Shown here: positions 1-13,125 of the stretch, piece after piece
Position numbering within the stretch: the first letter of the stretch is position 1
Layout: each line of letters starts with the position of its first letter
From: Malacoraja senta
Taxonomy: Eukaryota
DNA: 64,000 bases
NCBI GenBank assembly: GCA_038087875.1
Contig: CM075993.1
Location: forward strand, 4,774,001 to 4,838,000
Direction: 5' to 3'
Program-made: the position numbers and the translations under genes
Notes under the pieces: model-generated
The model's input: the letters and a program-made list of their open reading frames with translations, nothing else
Databases searched by the model: none
Told to the model about the DNA's origin: nothing

Positions 1-433
1 TATGAGCCCAGTAAATTTCTGTGATGTATCCATCCAAAACCTTCTCCGAATAAAGAGATTAATACCATGCAAAGTACTCCAGAGGTGATCTCACTGATGC
101 CTTATATATCGGAGGTATAACTTCCTATTATATTCAATGTCCCTTGCAATAAACGGCAATAGTGTTTGTTTTCATACTACACCTTCTTACTAGCCTTCAG
201 CAAATCATTAATGGTGAATGCCAGAGCTTGCAAAATGTAACTAAATGTTTCTCTTTTCTTATTTTCCTGCCAACATGTTCAGACTTCACGTTTTCTCACA
301 TCATATTCCATTTGCCAGATCTTTGCTCCTCATCACTAGCTGAAGTTCAAACGTATGAAAGTTAAGGTTATCTTGAAAAAAAACGTATGTCTCGATTAAT
401 TCTCAGCATTAATCAGACCATCACTAGTCTGAA

Positions 434-606
434 GGTGGACAAAAATGCTGGAGAAACTCAGCGGGTGCAGCAGCATCTATGGAGCAAAGGAAATAGGCAA
501 CGTTTCGGCCTATTTCCTTCGCTCCATAGATGCTGCTGCACCCGCTGAGTTTCTCCAGCATTTTTGTCTACCTTCGATTTTCCAGCATCTGCAGTTCCTT
601 CTTAAA
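434..606. mobile_element. Fold-back Penelope pseudo-LTR element with 15-bp TSD
   Basis: Inverted arms ~431-498 and ~508-575. CATCACTAGTCTGAA is duplicated at 419-433 and 607-621. Confidence 0.85.
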
Positions 607-1134
607 CATCACTAGTCTGAATCTTATTTGTGACCTAAGAAATCCGGAAAGCGACAATAATTTTGTTGAATACTGACATTTTTGTCCAGATTTCTGGGCT
701 TTGTTATAAAAACATCAAACCTTTTCTTCATTTGTGACAATAAGGTAATAATCCTCAAATGCAAATATACCTTGGCTTAATAGCTATTTTCAATATATTG
801 GAAATATAAAAGACTTTCAACTTCAAATTGTTTTGAAAGAGAGCAAATGAAATCATTAAAGTAACATATTTCAAAGTACGTGGAAAGATTTTCCTCATAC
901 TTCATGTCAATCCGTCCCCCTCACGCCTCTTCTTAGCTGGTCCCCCAGCAAGGATGACTTGTTTCTATCCAGATCTGCCAATTCTAAGGTGACTTATGAG
1001 TTCAATGTGGAATCTGCAGAATTTGCCATAGGTGGGGCAGAAGACTGGATTAAGGACTGGACTAAGGAATAAGGCAGTTGTGTGCACCATATTCTGGAAG
1101 GCAAATCATAAGAGGAACATTGTGTTAGCAGACA

Positions 1135-1375
1135 AAATGTGAAGGAGGGAACGGCAGATGCTGGTTTACACCAAAGATAGATGCAAAATGCCGGGGTAAC
1201 TCAGCAGGACAGGCAACATCTCTGGATACAAGGAATGGGTGACATTTTGGGTCGAGACCCTTCTTCAGTTTTCAGTCTGAAGAAGGGTCTCAACCCGAAA
1301 CGTCACCCATTCCTTCTATCCAGAGATGCTGCCTGTCCCACTGAGTTACTCCAGCATTTTGTGTATTGTGTAGGC
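1135..1375. mobile_element. Fold-back Penelope pseudo-LTR element
   Basis: Inverted copies of the actcagc…cccttcttcag unit; CTGAAGA…GAAACGTC core near 1277. Confidence 0.8.
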
Positions 1376-1944
1376 AGGCTTGGTTGTTGAGAATAAGCTA
1401 GTCTGGAGTCCCAGCTAACCTCTTTGCCCCCAAACCCTACATCTGAGAAATAAATGACAGCATTATGACGTTCTGGCTTCCTTCAATGCAGAACCATCAA
1501 ACTATGATTGTCACCAATAAAGGTGCCATAACCCTAGAAGTTCTTGTTCCTCTAACATAGTGGCAAACTCTTATTCACCCCATGTCTCAAAAAGGCAAAC
1601 AGAAATGAAAAGTTAATCGAGTCACAGCTCTTAAATCATAGGTACAAACTAACTATTACCAAGCTATCTGACATTTGAGAACAAATTGAGACCAAGCGCA
1701 AGTCTATGATGACACTTGTCATTGATATACTTCTAAGATTAATTTGCTTTGAGTTCTCTGCATACCCAACCTCAACCAATGATCCACACACATTTGCAGA
1801 ACTTCAAACTTTAAACCGTCTTTTAAAATTTAATGTTTTAAGTTCAAATGACAGAATTTTACAAATACAAACATTTAACCCCAGATACTGATTATAAGCT
1901 TAAAGAAACAAATTTAAATTACCTTCCACAATTTAGCCAAGATA

Positions 1945-2285
1945 TCTCAAAGCGCTTTACAGCTAATTAAATACCTTCGAAACATAATCATCATTGTTAA
2001 AAGAAAGCAGCAGCTAATTCAGCAGATGATGACAAGTTGTAAGGTCATAATGACATGATAATCTGTTTTAGTAACGTTGAGCAAGGGATAAATATTGGCT
2101 AGAACACCGATCACAACTCTACTGCTCTTCTTTGAAACAATGTGGTGGAACCTTCCATGCCTACAGCAGATAAGCCCTCAATTGTCTCATTCTGAGCCTG
2201 GCACCTCCATTACATTGGGAACTACCACAATGGAACTTCAGCCTAGAATTCATTCTAACGCAGAGGTGAGAGTGTTATGAATCTG
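1945..2285 (-). mobile_element. Ancient Deu-domain SINE (SacSINE1/AmnSINE-like), decayed
   Basis: The reverse complement resembles the Deu core (…gccaatatttatccct…aaacagattatc…). Related remnants at ~4735-5110, ~16640-16790, ~27200-27335 and ~35140-35345. Confidence 0.6.
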
Positions 2286-2394
2286 ATATTTATATATTCC
2301 ATGTGTCGGAAGGAACTGCAGATGCTGGTTTAAACCGGAGATAGACACAAAATGCTGGAGTAATGCAGCGGGACAGGCAGTATCTCCAGAGAGA

Positions 2395-2700
2395 NNNNNN
2401 NNNNNNNNNNNNNNNNNNNNNNNNNNNNNNNNNNNNNNNNNNNNNNNNNNNNNNNNNNNNNNNNNNNNNNNNNNNNNNNNNNNNNNNNNNNNNNNNNNNN
2501 NNNNNNNNNNNNNNNNNNNNNNNNNNNNNNNNNNNNNNNNNNNNNNNNNNNNNNNNNNNNNNNNNNNNNNNNNNNNNNNNNNNNNNNNNNNNNNNNNNNN
2601 NNNNNNNNNNNNNNNNNNNNNNNNNNNNNNNNNNNNNNNNNNNNNNNNNNNNNNNNNNNNNNNNNNNNNNNNNNNNNNNNNNNNNNNNNNNNNNNNNNNN
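2395..2700. other. Assembly gap (306 N)
   Basis: Run of N that begins inside a Penelope pseudo-LTR fragment (2302-2394). Confidence 1.
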
Positions 2701-4221
2701 TGTTAAAGGGTATCGTGTGCTAGCAGATTCACAGGATTAAGCCATTGTTCAAATGTAAATGTTTTTGACATTTCATGTAACTTAAAAAACAAAAAAGAAT
2801 CACATGACTAAATGTGAGCCTCCTTGTGAGTCACACAGCAGAAAAGCAACAACTGCAATGAAACTTAATCTTGTTCTTGTTTATAAGGATATTATTAGAC
2901 TCCTTGTAAACTGTGACTGCATAAATAAGTATTTTCCAATAGTTCAAACTGTGTGGTAAGGCCATTTCCAAGGAGTGCAAATCTATCCCATTCTTTCACA
3001 TTTTACTATATGGTTAAGACAGATTAATTGTTTGTACATGGCAAATAAAATGTAATTGTAACATTAGCACTTGTCATTCCTTATTGTCGTGCACACAGAT
3101 AGAATAGCCAGAAACAGCAGAGAAAACTGCCAGCATTTGACATCAAACACTCCACATGCAGTTATTGCTACAGAGTGTGTTTATGAACCCTTCAGGGTAA
3201 CCTGGCCATGTGAGAGAAATTGTTCTGCGTCCCCAAAGGCTTTCATTGTCATTTATCATCGGATCCATTAGCCTAGAGCATCAAGCTACTCACAGTGAAT
3301 GCATTTTGTGGTTTAAATTTGTGGATTTTTGAACCATTAACAGCAAATGCTTTTGTACAGCCTAAGGCACAGTCCAGACTAGAAAAGAAAAATGTACAAA
3401 ACAGCTGATCTTCTTACACAACTAACCCATCTACCACCTAACCGCAATTCTCCCATCTGCACTTCCAACCACAACCAGGCACCAGAGCCCCTGTCAACTG
3501 AACATATGATATTATACTGATTGACAGAATTATACTGGAATCAATAATTATACATGCCTTCCATTAAAAAGCAAAATTAACCATGTACATATCTGTCCAA
3601 ATTAAACAAAAACACAAAGATAATTGTTCTCCCAGAATGTGTTTAAATCATCAGAGCAGATTTATGTTCTGTAACAAAAATAACTGGGATATAGGCAGAT
3701 CTCATTGCTGTGAATCGGGTGATTTCAATCTATTACTAATAATTGTTTCATTTTCTTCATTTTTTGGAAGAGTGCCATGATAGAAGTGGTCCTTCAATGA
3801 CTTGTTGTCATTAAAGCTGTTGAAGGGTTATTAGTTCGACATACACAAGATGATTCTGTGGGCTTCAATGGCTAATTCAATGAATTGTGGGAAGGATCCT
3901 GCGTGATGTCAATCTTTAATTTTGAGCCAGAAGCATTCCCATTCAGCAGAGCTGCACGGAGCCCGAATCAACCCACAACATTCCGATTCAGGGAAGAGAA
4001 TGCTGTTGTCACTCAAATGGTTTACTTCTATCGTGAGATTTAAAGCAAATAAACTTGCTGGCTGTTTTCACATGTTTGTAAATTAACCAAAGTGCTGTTT
4101 TTCATGAAATAAACTGAAAAAAGTGAAATCCAACACTATGCTTGGAGCGAGAGAAAGGTTTTTTTGTTGTTGTAATAGTCACCACATTGTTATCTCCAGA
4201 CACAATGGGAAATTTTAGCTG

Positions 4222-4530
4222 AGTTTAGTTTAGAGATACAGTGCGGAAATAAGCCCTTTGGCCCACACCGACCAGCGGTCCCAGCATATTAACTCTATCC
4301 TACGCACACTAGGGACAATTTACACTTATACCAAGCTAATTAACCTACAAACCTGTACGTCTTTGGAGTGTGGGAGGAAACCAAAGATCTCGGGGGAAAA
4401 AAACATGCAGTCACGGAAAAAACGTACAAACTCTGTAGAGACAGCACCCATAGTCGGGATCGAACCCGGGACTCTGGCGTTGCAAGCACTGTAAGGCAGC
4501 AACTCTACCGCTGTGCCACCATGCTGCCCT
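4222..4530 (-). mobile_element. tRNA-derived V-SINE (HE1-like)
   Basis: tRNA-like head with GGTTCGA B box, V-domain (ggtttcctcccacactccaaagac), CR1-like 3' end with (taaac)n tail. Confidence 0.85.
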
Positions 4531-6695
4531 GAGCCAAAATGTTGAGCCAATCAATACATTGGCTTTAATGATTCATTCCAACTTATCTTAAATGTAAAAT
4601 GAACTTTTTACTCTTTAACCCTAAGAACGTGGATTCAATATTAGTCTAAAAATTACTGTAAAAAAAGTTTCTGAATGAACAATATACATTAAAAAAATTG
4701 AGTATCCAAATCTGTGGTATCTTAGTCTGCTCTCAGAACATTCCAAAGCACGTCACATACCCACAAGTTATTTGTTTTCACACTGACTATTCTGTGGATG
4801 CTGTTAAGGTCTCATATCCAGCAAATTAATTGAGTGCCCTCTTTACCAGTCTATACTGAGGTCGGATGAAGGAAAACTATTGATCAAGACTACCACACAA
4901 GTTCTTACTATTTTATGAACCATACCTGGGACTTTTTTTCCCCCTCGTTATATGGGCAGATAGGGAACATAATTTAATAATCTATCCAAAAATGGCAACT
5001 GCAACAACTAACTGTAATGCATTGACAGAGATTGTCAAACTAGATTTGGTGCTCACATTCAGAAACAAGCCTTGATCCCATAACTTTCTGATTATGATAT
5101 AATAACTAAGCCAATTTTAGCTGAGATTTATTTGGAATGCTTACACTTTAAACTTTACTGCTGGCATTTCTTTGAGTTCTGAATAATTTACAACCTTGAG
5201 CTTGGCACCAAAATGTCTCTATTACAAAATGTGTTTATCTTATTCAGCACAACTAATCCACTGATGTTGTGAGTGATGTATTAATCTACATAGAAAATTG
5301 TGACCAACAATTTCAAAGTTGGTGAATTAATCAGAGAGTCTGAAAATAGTTTTGAATGAAAACAAACGTATCAAAAACTGGACAGAAAATACACCAGGCA
5401 ATTGCATGCCACCCATGCACTAGTTTAAAACTGCTCATCAATCTCTCTTTATAATCTGACATGAATGCAGGAATGTTCTGATACGTTGCCTGCTAGTAAG
5501 GGTTAAAAGCCCAATTTAGACATTAAACAGGAAACACAAGAATGTCCAAAAAATACCAAGCCTCAATACTGCCATCTACTGTAAGCAATCAATGCATTCA
5601 CAGCCAGCTGGCTGTGTCATCTATAAACTCAATTTAAATTAGCCAGGAAGAAGAAATCATTGATAAGTCTGTACCCCGATCAAAAATGAAATGGTCATGT
5701 GATTTCATTAAATGACGACACTCGCCTGACTTGGGTGCCTGGAACGTGCTGCCGAGGGTGGCAGTGGAAGCAGAGTTTAAAACGTTTTTAGATAGGCACA
5801 TGGAAATGTAGAGAATGGAGGGTTACAGATCATGTGCAGGTAGAGGAGATAGGTTTATCTTGGCATCATGTTCTAGCACAGACATTGTGGGCCGAGGGGC
5901 TATGCTTGTGCCGCACTTTTCTATGTTGTATGTTCTCAGTGGACGAGAATGATGGCACATCCTTCATGTAACAAATGGATCTCTTCCCTCTTTAAAGTTA
6001 GGTTCATGTATATGGATGATAGACAATGCTACTTTGAAAATATACAGGATTAAGTATGGATGTAAGAATGCAAAATGTTATGATAATCGCACAATCATTG
6101 AACCATAGTATCTGTGCTACTAGAACCACAAATGTCTCCTGCAGAAAGTGGTTGTTGATATATAAAAATAGAGCCTAAAAGACCTTGTTCATAGTTTAGG
6201 AAAGTAACAGTGTGAATGTTCTTCCTAGAAATAAGTTGGATTCAGCGAGAAGGCAAATTCTATCCCAGTGCTACCGTGGTTGATCTTCCTCTTTCTGTGC
6301 TTAGGTTTTTCAGGATTTGTTTTGTATATTTGCACAGAAATGCAATATTTTAATTACAAATATTAGTACAGAGCTTCACTTCCAATCCTGGATTACTTAG
6401 CTCCATTGAAAGTCTATCAAGCTTTCCTGAACAGATTTCTTTCACACAGAATGCCTATTTAATCTAAGGTACTCATTATTTTCTACATAAATTACAAAAA
6501 GTAAGTGTATAATATGATTGGCACTCCTTTCTGAACTTGTAAAGTGTAAATTATTCTCAGAGGGACTTTCACCCAAATCAAACACTTAAAAAATAACAAG
6601 TAAAAATGGTTTGGCTAGATAAGTAATGTAGATGAGTAAAAGTATCTAAAAAACAACACCAATATAGGAAAAATAAATAAAATAAAAAATCATAC

Positions 6696-6884
6696 CTTAC
6701 ATTCTACCACACTCTGGTCTGACTCACAAGTGATGTAAATTTCATCCACTGCTCGTCGGAGGTTGTCAAAGAGAAATGCCCAGTAGCGTGCTCTCAAATC
6801 AATCTTTCGGGGCTGCCGGCCTTTTGTCGGACTCTTCTCAACTGTGTTCTTCTCCCCAACAGTGCTCAGCGAGGATTTTTCAGC
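6696..6884 (-). CDS. SCAPER: SCAPER internal exon, SCAPER N-terminal domain (…KSPTKGRQPRKIDLRARYWAFLFDNLRRAVDEIYITCESDQSVVECK)
   Basis: ctgcag acceptor and AAG|gtatga donor, 189 nt, phase 0-0. Contains the signature DLRARYWAFLFDNLRRAVDEIY. I did not find the next exon (EVLMMLDNY...) in the window. Confidence 0.97.
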
Positions 6885-7699
6885 CTGCAGTAGAAATGAA
6901 GAGGGCTGTTCCATGAACAATGTAAGTCACATAATAGGCGATCTCATACTATATTACAAAGCTGTAGTCAACTTGCATATCAACAGTTAAGGGGGGGTGA
7001 TTGTAAAACTATCAATACATTTCACAGTTCCTCAGAAATCTACAAGCTAATTGCTTTGATTTGAACATGTTGAAGTATATGACAAATTGGTAGATCAATA
7101 GAATTTTCAGCATTCTATTTATCATTCCACATTAGGATGCATTGATTCTCAAAGATTCCCACACCACGACCTAAAATACCAGAAAGAGGTAAAGAAAATA
7201 TCAAAAGCAGAGTGGTTCCCAGATTGTCCCTGGTGCTTTTCATGTGCAATCAAAACTGGCAGAAACCTGGGAGGCTGCAGCCTGTCCATATGATCAAACA
7301 GGCATGGGGAATTGTGTGGATAGAAACAAGGGGAGGAAAATATGATGCAATGGTACTCAAACAATTAAACGTCAAAGTGTTGTGCTAACATTAGCAGGAA
7401 TTTGGAATTAACACCGAGAGCACAACTCATTTCACGGAGCAGTAAAAGGTATCTGGAATCAAAAACATGCACAAAGCTTCTTGGGTGGCTTTCCCCACAG
7501 CCCAGTGATCTCACTAATCACTGATGTCACTCTGCAATAGCCCAACAGCCTTAAACTTGAATCCTGAAGAGAATTGGTTTAAAGTGTCAAAAATTTATTT
7601 TTTCTTTACGCATAGGTTTATGAAGAAGTTGAGCACTATTTTAGCCCTAAGATACTGCCAAGTTACACTTTAAAATCATGGCTTTGACTTGAACACTGT

Positions 7700-7998
7700 T
7701 TTTAGTTTTGTTTAGAGATACAACATGGAAACAGGCTCTTCGGCCCAGCGAGTCCGCGCCGACCAGCGATCACCCGTATAGTAGTTCTACCCTACATACT
7801 AGGGACAATTTACAGAAGCCAATTAACCTACAAGTTTGCACATCTTCGGACTGTGTGAGGAAACGGGAGCACCTGGAGAATAGAAACCCACATGGTCACA
7901 TGGAGAACATATAAACTCCATACAGGCAACACCCACAGTCAGGATCGAACCCAGGGCTCTGGTGCTGTAAGGCAGCAACTCTACCAATGCGGCGCCCT
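7700..7998 (-). mobile_element. V-SINE (HE1-like)
   Basis: Same structure as the 4222-4530 copy. Confidence 0.85.
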
Positions 7999-8249
7999 AA
8001 GGTACGGTATTCAATTTTAGATTTTAAAATTGACAGTATTTTCTCCACATAATAATTGACTTTCATTGTTGAATCAAAAAAAACTTGTATTTGTATAACA
8101 TCTTATTAAGTGTTTAAGAAATATTCCCGAGTTTACCTTGCAATTAACTATTCTGAAATCTAGTTGCTGTATGTAATGAAGTTACATGTTTATGCAAACA
8201 ATAACTTGTTCATGCAAACAGCAATAACTGGGTAAGCTGATTTTCATTC

Positions 8250-8815
8250 TGACACTTCCGTACTGGGCCTCCTCCACTGCCAGTGAGGCCACACGCAAAC
8301 TGAAGGAACAGCACCTCATATTCTGCTTGGGTGGCTTACAACCCAACAGTATGAAAGTGGAATTCTCCAATTTTAGGAAATTAAACTCCTCCCCCCTCCC
8401 CCTTCATCCTCTATCCCCTTTCTCTCACCCTCTACCCCCCCCCCCCACCCCCCCGCGTGCCCCATCAGGACTCACACCTATTTTTCCCCTCCCATTCCAC
8501 CTACATTCCTTCCACTAGATTCACAATTCAAAACTCCTCAATCCTTTTGTCTCATACCTCACATTTTGTCATCTCTGGTCTTCGTCCAATCATCTGCCCA
8601 CCAAACCCACACTCACTTGTACCCACCTATAACTTTCCAGGCTTGGTCCTGCCCATTCTCTCTTTGGCTCACCCCCCCCACATCCCCACAATCCATCTGA
8701 AGATGGGATCCAACCCGAAACATCACACATCCATGTTCTCCAGATATGCTGCCTGGCCCACTACATTACTGTGTCTTTTTTTTGTAAACCAGTTTCTGCA
8801 GTCGCTTGTTTCTAT
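8250..8815 (+). mobile_element. Penelope-like element 3' fragment (GIY-YIG C-terminus plus pseudo-LTR)
   Basis: Encodes KLKEQHLIFCLGGLQPNSMKVEFSNF, followed by a pyrimidine-rich tract and the LTR motif. Confidence 0.8.
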
Positions 8816-9044
8816 ATTGCTATCTCTGTTCCACACTTCCCTGTTGTACACTATGGAGAGGTGCTTCAAGTTGCATTTTTAAAATAAATATTCACGAGTA
8901 ACCACATAATGAGTGAAGCTGACATCTGCTAACAAAGTATGATTTAAATTACTAACGATTTCTCGAAACAAATGTTATGTGTTAAAGAGTTTACGGGTAC
9001 AAATTAAACATACAATGATGGTCATCAACCAGATATTTCTATTG

Positions 9045-9176
9045 TTTAAGAAGGATCTGCAGATGCTGGAAACTCGAAGGTAGACAAAAATGCTGGAGAA
9101 ACTCAGCAGGTGCAGCAGCATCTATGGAGCGAAGGAAATAGGCAACGTTTTGGGCCGAAACCCTTCTTCAGACTGA
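9045..9176 (-). mobile_element. Young Penelope pseudo-LTR element with 12-bp TSD
   Basis: ATATTTCTATTG at 9033-9044 and 9177-9188. Confidence 0.8.
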
Positions 9177-9504
9177 ATATTTCTATTGCATCAATCAGCT
9201 AAAAAAAAATGGAGAATTGCCTTTTCGATGAGATGCCAGAAGATTGCCAGCACCTTGTCTAACTAACCAACAGGATGAATATGAGGAGAAACTGGATAAG
9301 AACACCCACAAGCAAAGCACAGGCATGCAAAGGTTTAAGTTAAGGTTTAAGAAATTGGTAACCTTTCATAATTTACTCCCGCAGTTCAGAACATTTGACA
9401 GCGTGTCACTTTTCAATTGAAACTGTGAATTTTACCACTTTAATATATGGTTAATTCTGTTTAAAAGTAAATATCTAACAAACACAATAAACATGATAAA
9501 ATGA

Positions 9505-9625
9505 AGGACAAAAAATGTTGGAGTAACTCAGCGGGACAGGCAGCATCCCTGGAGATCATGCCTGTCCCGCTGAGTTACTCCAGCATTTTGTGTCTATCTT
9601 CAGTTTAAACCAGTCCTTCCTACAC
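9505..9625. mobile_element. Short fold-back Penelope-derived element with TSD
   Basis: Inverted arms; ACATGATAAAATGAA flanks both sides. Confidence 0.75.
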
Positions 9626-10547
9626 ATGATAAAATGAAACATATATTTTTCATTCATGCTTACTCAACCATTTCAAATGTTGTTTAACCATCAAGTTTCT
9701 AATCATACTACACAGTAGTTTTCCACATCTGAGGATCACACAGATAAACATCATCATAACTGTGCATAAAGTAAACTCACTTCAAAGCAGTGAACCAGAG
9801 TTAAAGGGCATTAGACAAAGGGTCACACGATCAAACATATGCACTAAATCATCAGAAACTGGAGAACTTTGATGGTAGAATGGATAACATATCCACCTGG
9901 CGAATATTCACCTGGTATGAAGAGAGGAGCTGGTGAACGTGGGAATAAAGGCAAGCCCAAGTTTCAAAAACAACACCATAAATGCCTGTGCAGGATGGAA
10001 CTACAGATGCTGGTTTACACCGAAGATATACACAAAATGCTGGAGTAACTCAACGGGACAGACAGAATCTCTGGAGAGAAGGAATTGGTGACGTTATGGG
10101 TTGAGAGCCTTTTTAGTCTGAAGAAGGGTCTCCACCTGAAACGTCACTCCAACATTTTGTGTCTATCTTCACCGAAATGCCTGCACAGTTGGAGTTAAAT
10201 CATGATGGGAACCTACAATTAGAATTGGTTTCATCAAGATAGGAACAAATTTGATTACAATGAGTAAAGATCAAAAACTGTCTCTACATGGACATTAAAA
10301 AAAAGTCTTGAATGTTACAAACAGATCATTCAAATGATATTATTAAATATTGTGGACTGCTACTTTTTTGTGCCAACTATTATCAATCAATGCTTGGAAT
10401 GATGGGCAAACACAAATGTTAGATTAACATGAAGAATCTATCCAAAGCTTATATAGTTGATCAAGTGAATTACTTTCTTCTCTTCTCTAAACCATGAGAA
10501 ATTAAGCCTTAATTCGTCCAACTATTGGGGAGACTGAAGCTCCTGTT

Positions 10548-10745
10548 TTCAGTTTAGTTTAGAGATACAGCGTATAAAGAGGCCCTTTGGCCAACAGAGT
10601 CAGCGCAGACCAGCGATCACCCGTACACTAGTTCTATCCTACACACTATGGACAATTTACAGAAGCCAATTAAACCTACAAACCTGTACGTCTTTGGGAG
10701 ACAGGAGCAAACCGGAGCACCCGGAGAAAACCCACGCGGTCACCT
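10548..10745 (-). mobile_element. V-SINE, 5'-truncated
   Basis: V-domain and tail present, tRNA head missing. Confidence 0.8.
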
Positions 10746-12805
10746 TTTTGACCTTGAGACGAGCTGCTAACCAACCAACCATCCAATAAATCAGCATGAC
10801 CAACTAATCCCACCTCAGCAAAAATCATGCAACTCCACCCGTCTTAGCTCATTTGCTGTTGAAAAACGGAATCATGTCATTACTAAATTATCGCAATATA
10901 TTTGTTTTACCTTCTACAAACTTTGTCATGTAACAGTCTGTGGCCTGTGTGGTAATCATGAACCAAATCTCAATCACAACTAACAGTTATATTTGGAGAT
11001 AAGAGACTGCGGATTCTGGAATCTTGAGTTAAAAACATACTACAGGAGGAACTCAGTGGATCAGGCAGCATCTGTGGAGAGTAATAGACTGACACCTTTT
11101 CGGGTTGGGACCTTTCTTCAGTTAACATTTATATTTGCTGATCTACACTAGCAGTTAGTTCAACGTTCCCTCACCTTCAACAAGTAATAGGTTACTGGTT
11201 TGATTTATACAGCTAATAATGTAAAACCCTGCAACAGTTAACCCAAAACTACTTGTTAGATGTATTAATACTAAAAGTTGAATCTTGTTGAGGAGAAAAT
11301 GACCTTGATGTCTTGCCCTACTCCAACAGACGATTAACAAAACTGTAAGGTCCAGAAAAAAACCCTCGAACTCTCAATGAAAAGATTGTCTGGTATATAG
11401 AACATAAAGGAAACTTCTATGAAAAGTGCTTCTTCCATAAAGCATAACTTGTTTTGATGAGATTAGGAAACCAAAATGTTATAAATTGTGTAAAACTGGT
11501 ACTTGCAATTTGCAAAGAGTTGTTTAATAGCAAAATCAGTTTTACCCAGAAGAAATCAGATAGAAAATTACATGTATGTAACCCTATCCAACTGCACAGA
11601 CTAAGGTACCATTTGGCTAATGGAAAGGTCATCTTCCGTCTCCCAGCTACCACCCAGCCCCGACTACTTATTTGTTACCGTTCAATAACTGTCAATCAAG
11701 GCACAAGGAGAAGGATATGACTACAGCCGAATCCTGGAATTTTACCCTCCATTAGCTACACGCAGGGGTCATTGCGAACCAGCTGCCGAGGAGTATTGGC
11801 AGTACGAAGTCAGGATTTACCTCCACTCACTCTATCCAGGGCTGACAAACATAGGAATATTACAAAGATTCTTATTGCCATTGCTAGAAAGTTGATAATA
11901 TTTATTTAATAATCAAGCACAGAGGTGAACACAGAAGCTTGAAGAATGCTGATACTTACTATGTATGGAGATGCAAATATTAAAAATAGAATTGTAATGT
12001 TTACTTTTAAAATAAAATTCCATACATTATTGTTAAAAATGCCTACATGGTTTTGCTTATGAAGACAGACATGAACCATCTCCTACAGTGTTGTCTCTCC
12101 AGTCTCCACACGAACATCCTTTGTCCCAATCAATAGTCCCAACAATCTCCTCTCAGCTGCGCAATACTTGAAGCTTGACCTCACACACATCCCTTATTGA
12201 TCATGACACCAGGAACAAAATCCCTGCAATTTGCAAAACAAAACAACGATTTGGTCTTTTTAATATACTATGCATCTGAAGCTAACTGGAATTAATCAGG
12301 TATGAAGCCGTAAAGCATAATTTTATCCACACTTCTCATAGTTCAGCTTCATTTCTTTTATCAAGATAATAAACCAGTTCTGTATTAGACTGGTTATACA
12401 GATTACCTAACAAAAACCTCAATAATCACCGCAACAAAGGACAAAATATTTGACCACTCTTATTGAAAGATTTGTTGATTCACATTTATTGATTTTATTC
12501 CATAATGGTACAAATTTTCAAGTTATGAATATTAAGCAAATCAAATGTTCTTAACTGGACTTTGAAACATGAAATCCCAATGTCATAATGTAATGAGGTT
12601 ATGGTTGCATATTAGCAGCTATGGAAGTAATTTGCAATAATCGTCTCTTCAAATGTGTTGGACCCAGTAAATATTAAAGCCAGTCATAGACAAGTAAGAC
12701 CTTTGAAATTTCTCACTGGTTTATTAACTCTACCATTGTTGACTATTTCAAGAAAGCACAATATTTTGCCTCTACTAAATTTGTTGGCGACGTTTGCAAA
12801 CTGTC

Positions 12806-13125
12806 GGGCAGCAACAGTGGCGCAGCCGGTAGAGCTGCTGCCTCAGAGCTCCAGAAACCTGGGCTTGATCTTGACCTCAGCAGCTGTCTGTGTGGAGATT
12901 GCATGTTTTCCCTGAGACTGCATTGGTTTTCTCTGGGCGCACCTGCTTTCTTCCATATCCCAGACATGTTGGTTTGCAGGTTAATGGACCTCTGTGCATT
13001 GCCTCTGGTATGTAGGATGTGGATGAGAAAGTGGAATAACATAGAACTAGTGTGAATCGATGACCCGATGGCTGGCGTGGACTCAGTAGACCAAAGGGCC
13101 TGTTTCCATACAGTATTTTTCAATG
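12806..13125 (+). mobile_element. V-SINE (HE1-like)
   Basis: gtggcgcagccggtagagctgctgcctc head, V-domain and CR1-like tail. Confidence 0.85.

Noticed and set aside
1181-1390. Recurring short ORFs such as LKKGLNPKRHPFLLSRDAACPTELLQHFV (also 15596, 38893, 39018, 62348)
   Set aside because: Chance translations of the same non-coding Penelope LTR repeat, not a peptide family.
2363-2740. 125-aa ORF
   Set aside because: Artefact of reading through the N gap.
4440-4530. tRNA-like A/B boxes (also ~7935-7998, 12806-12880, 61672-61735)
   Set aside because: These are SINE heads continuing into V-domain and LINE-derived tails, not tRNA genes.
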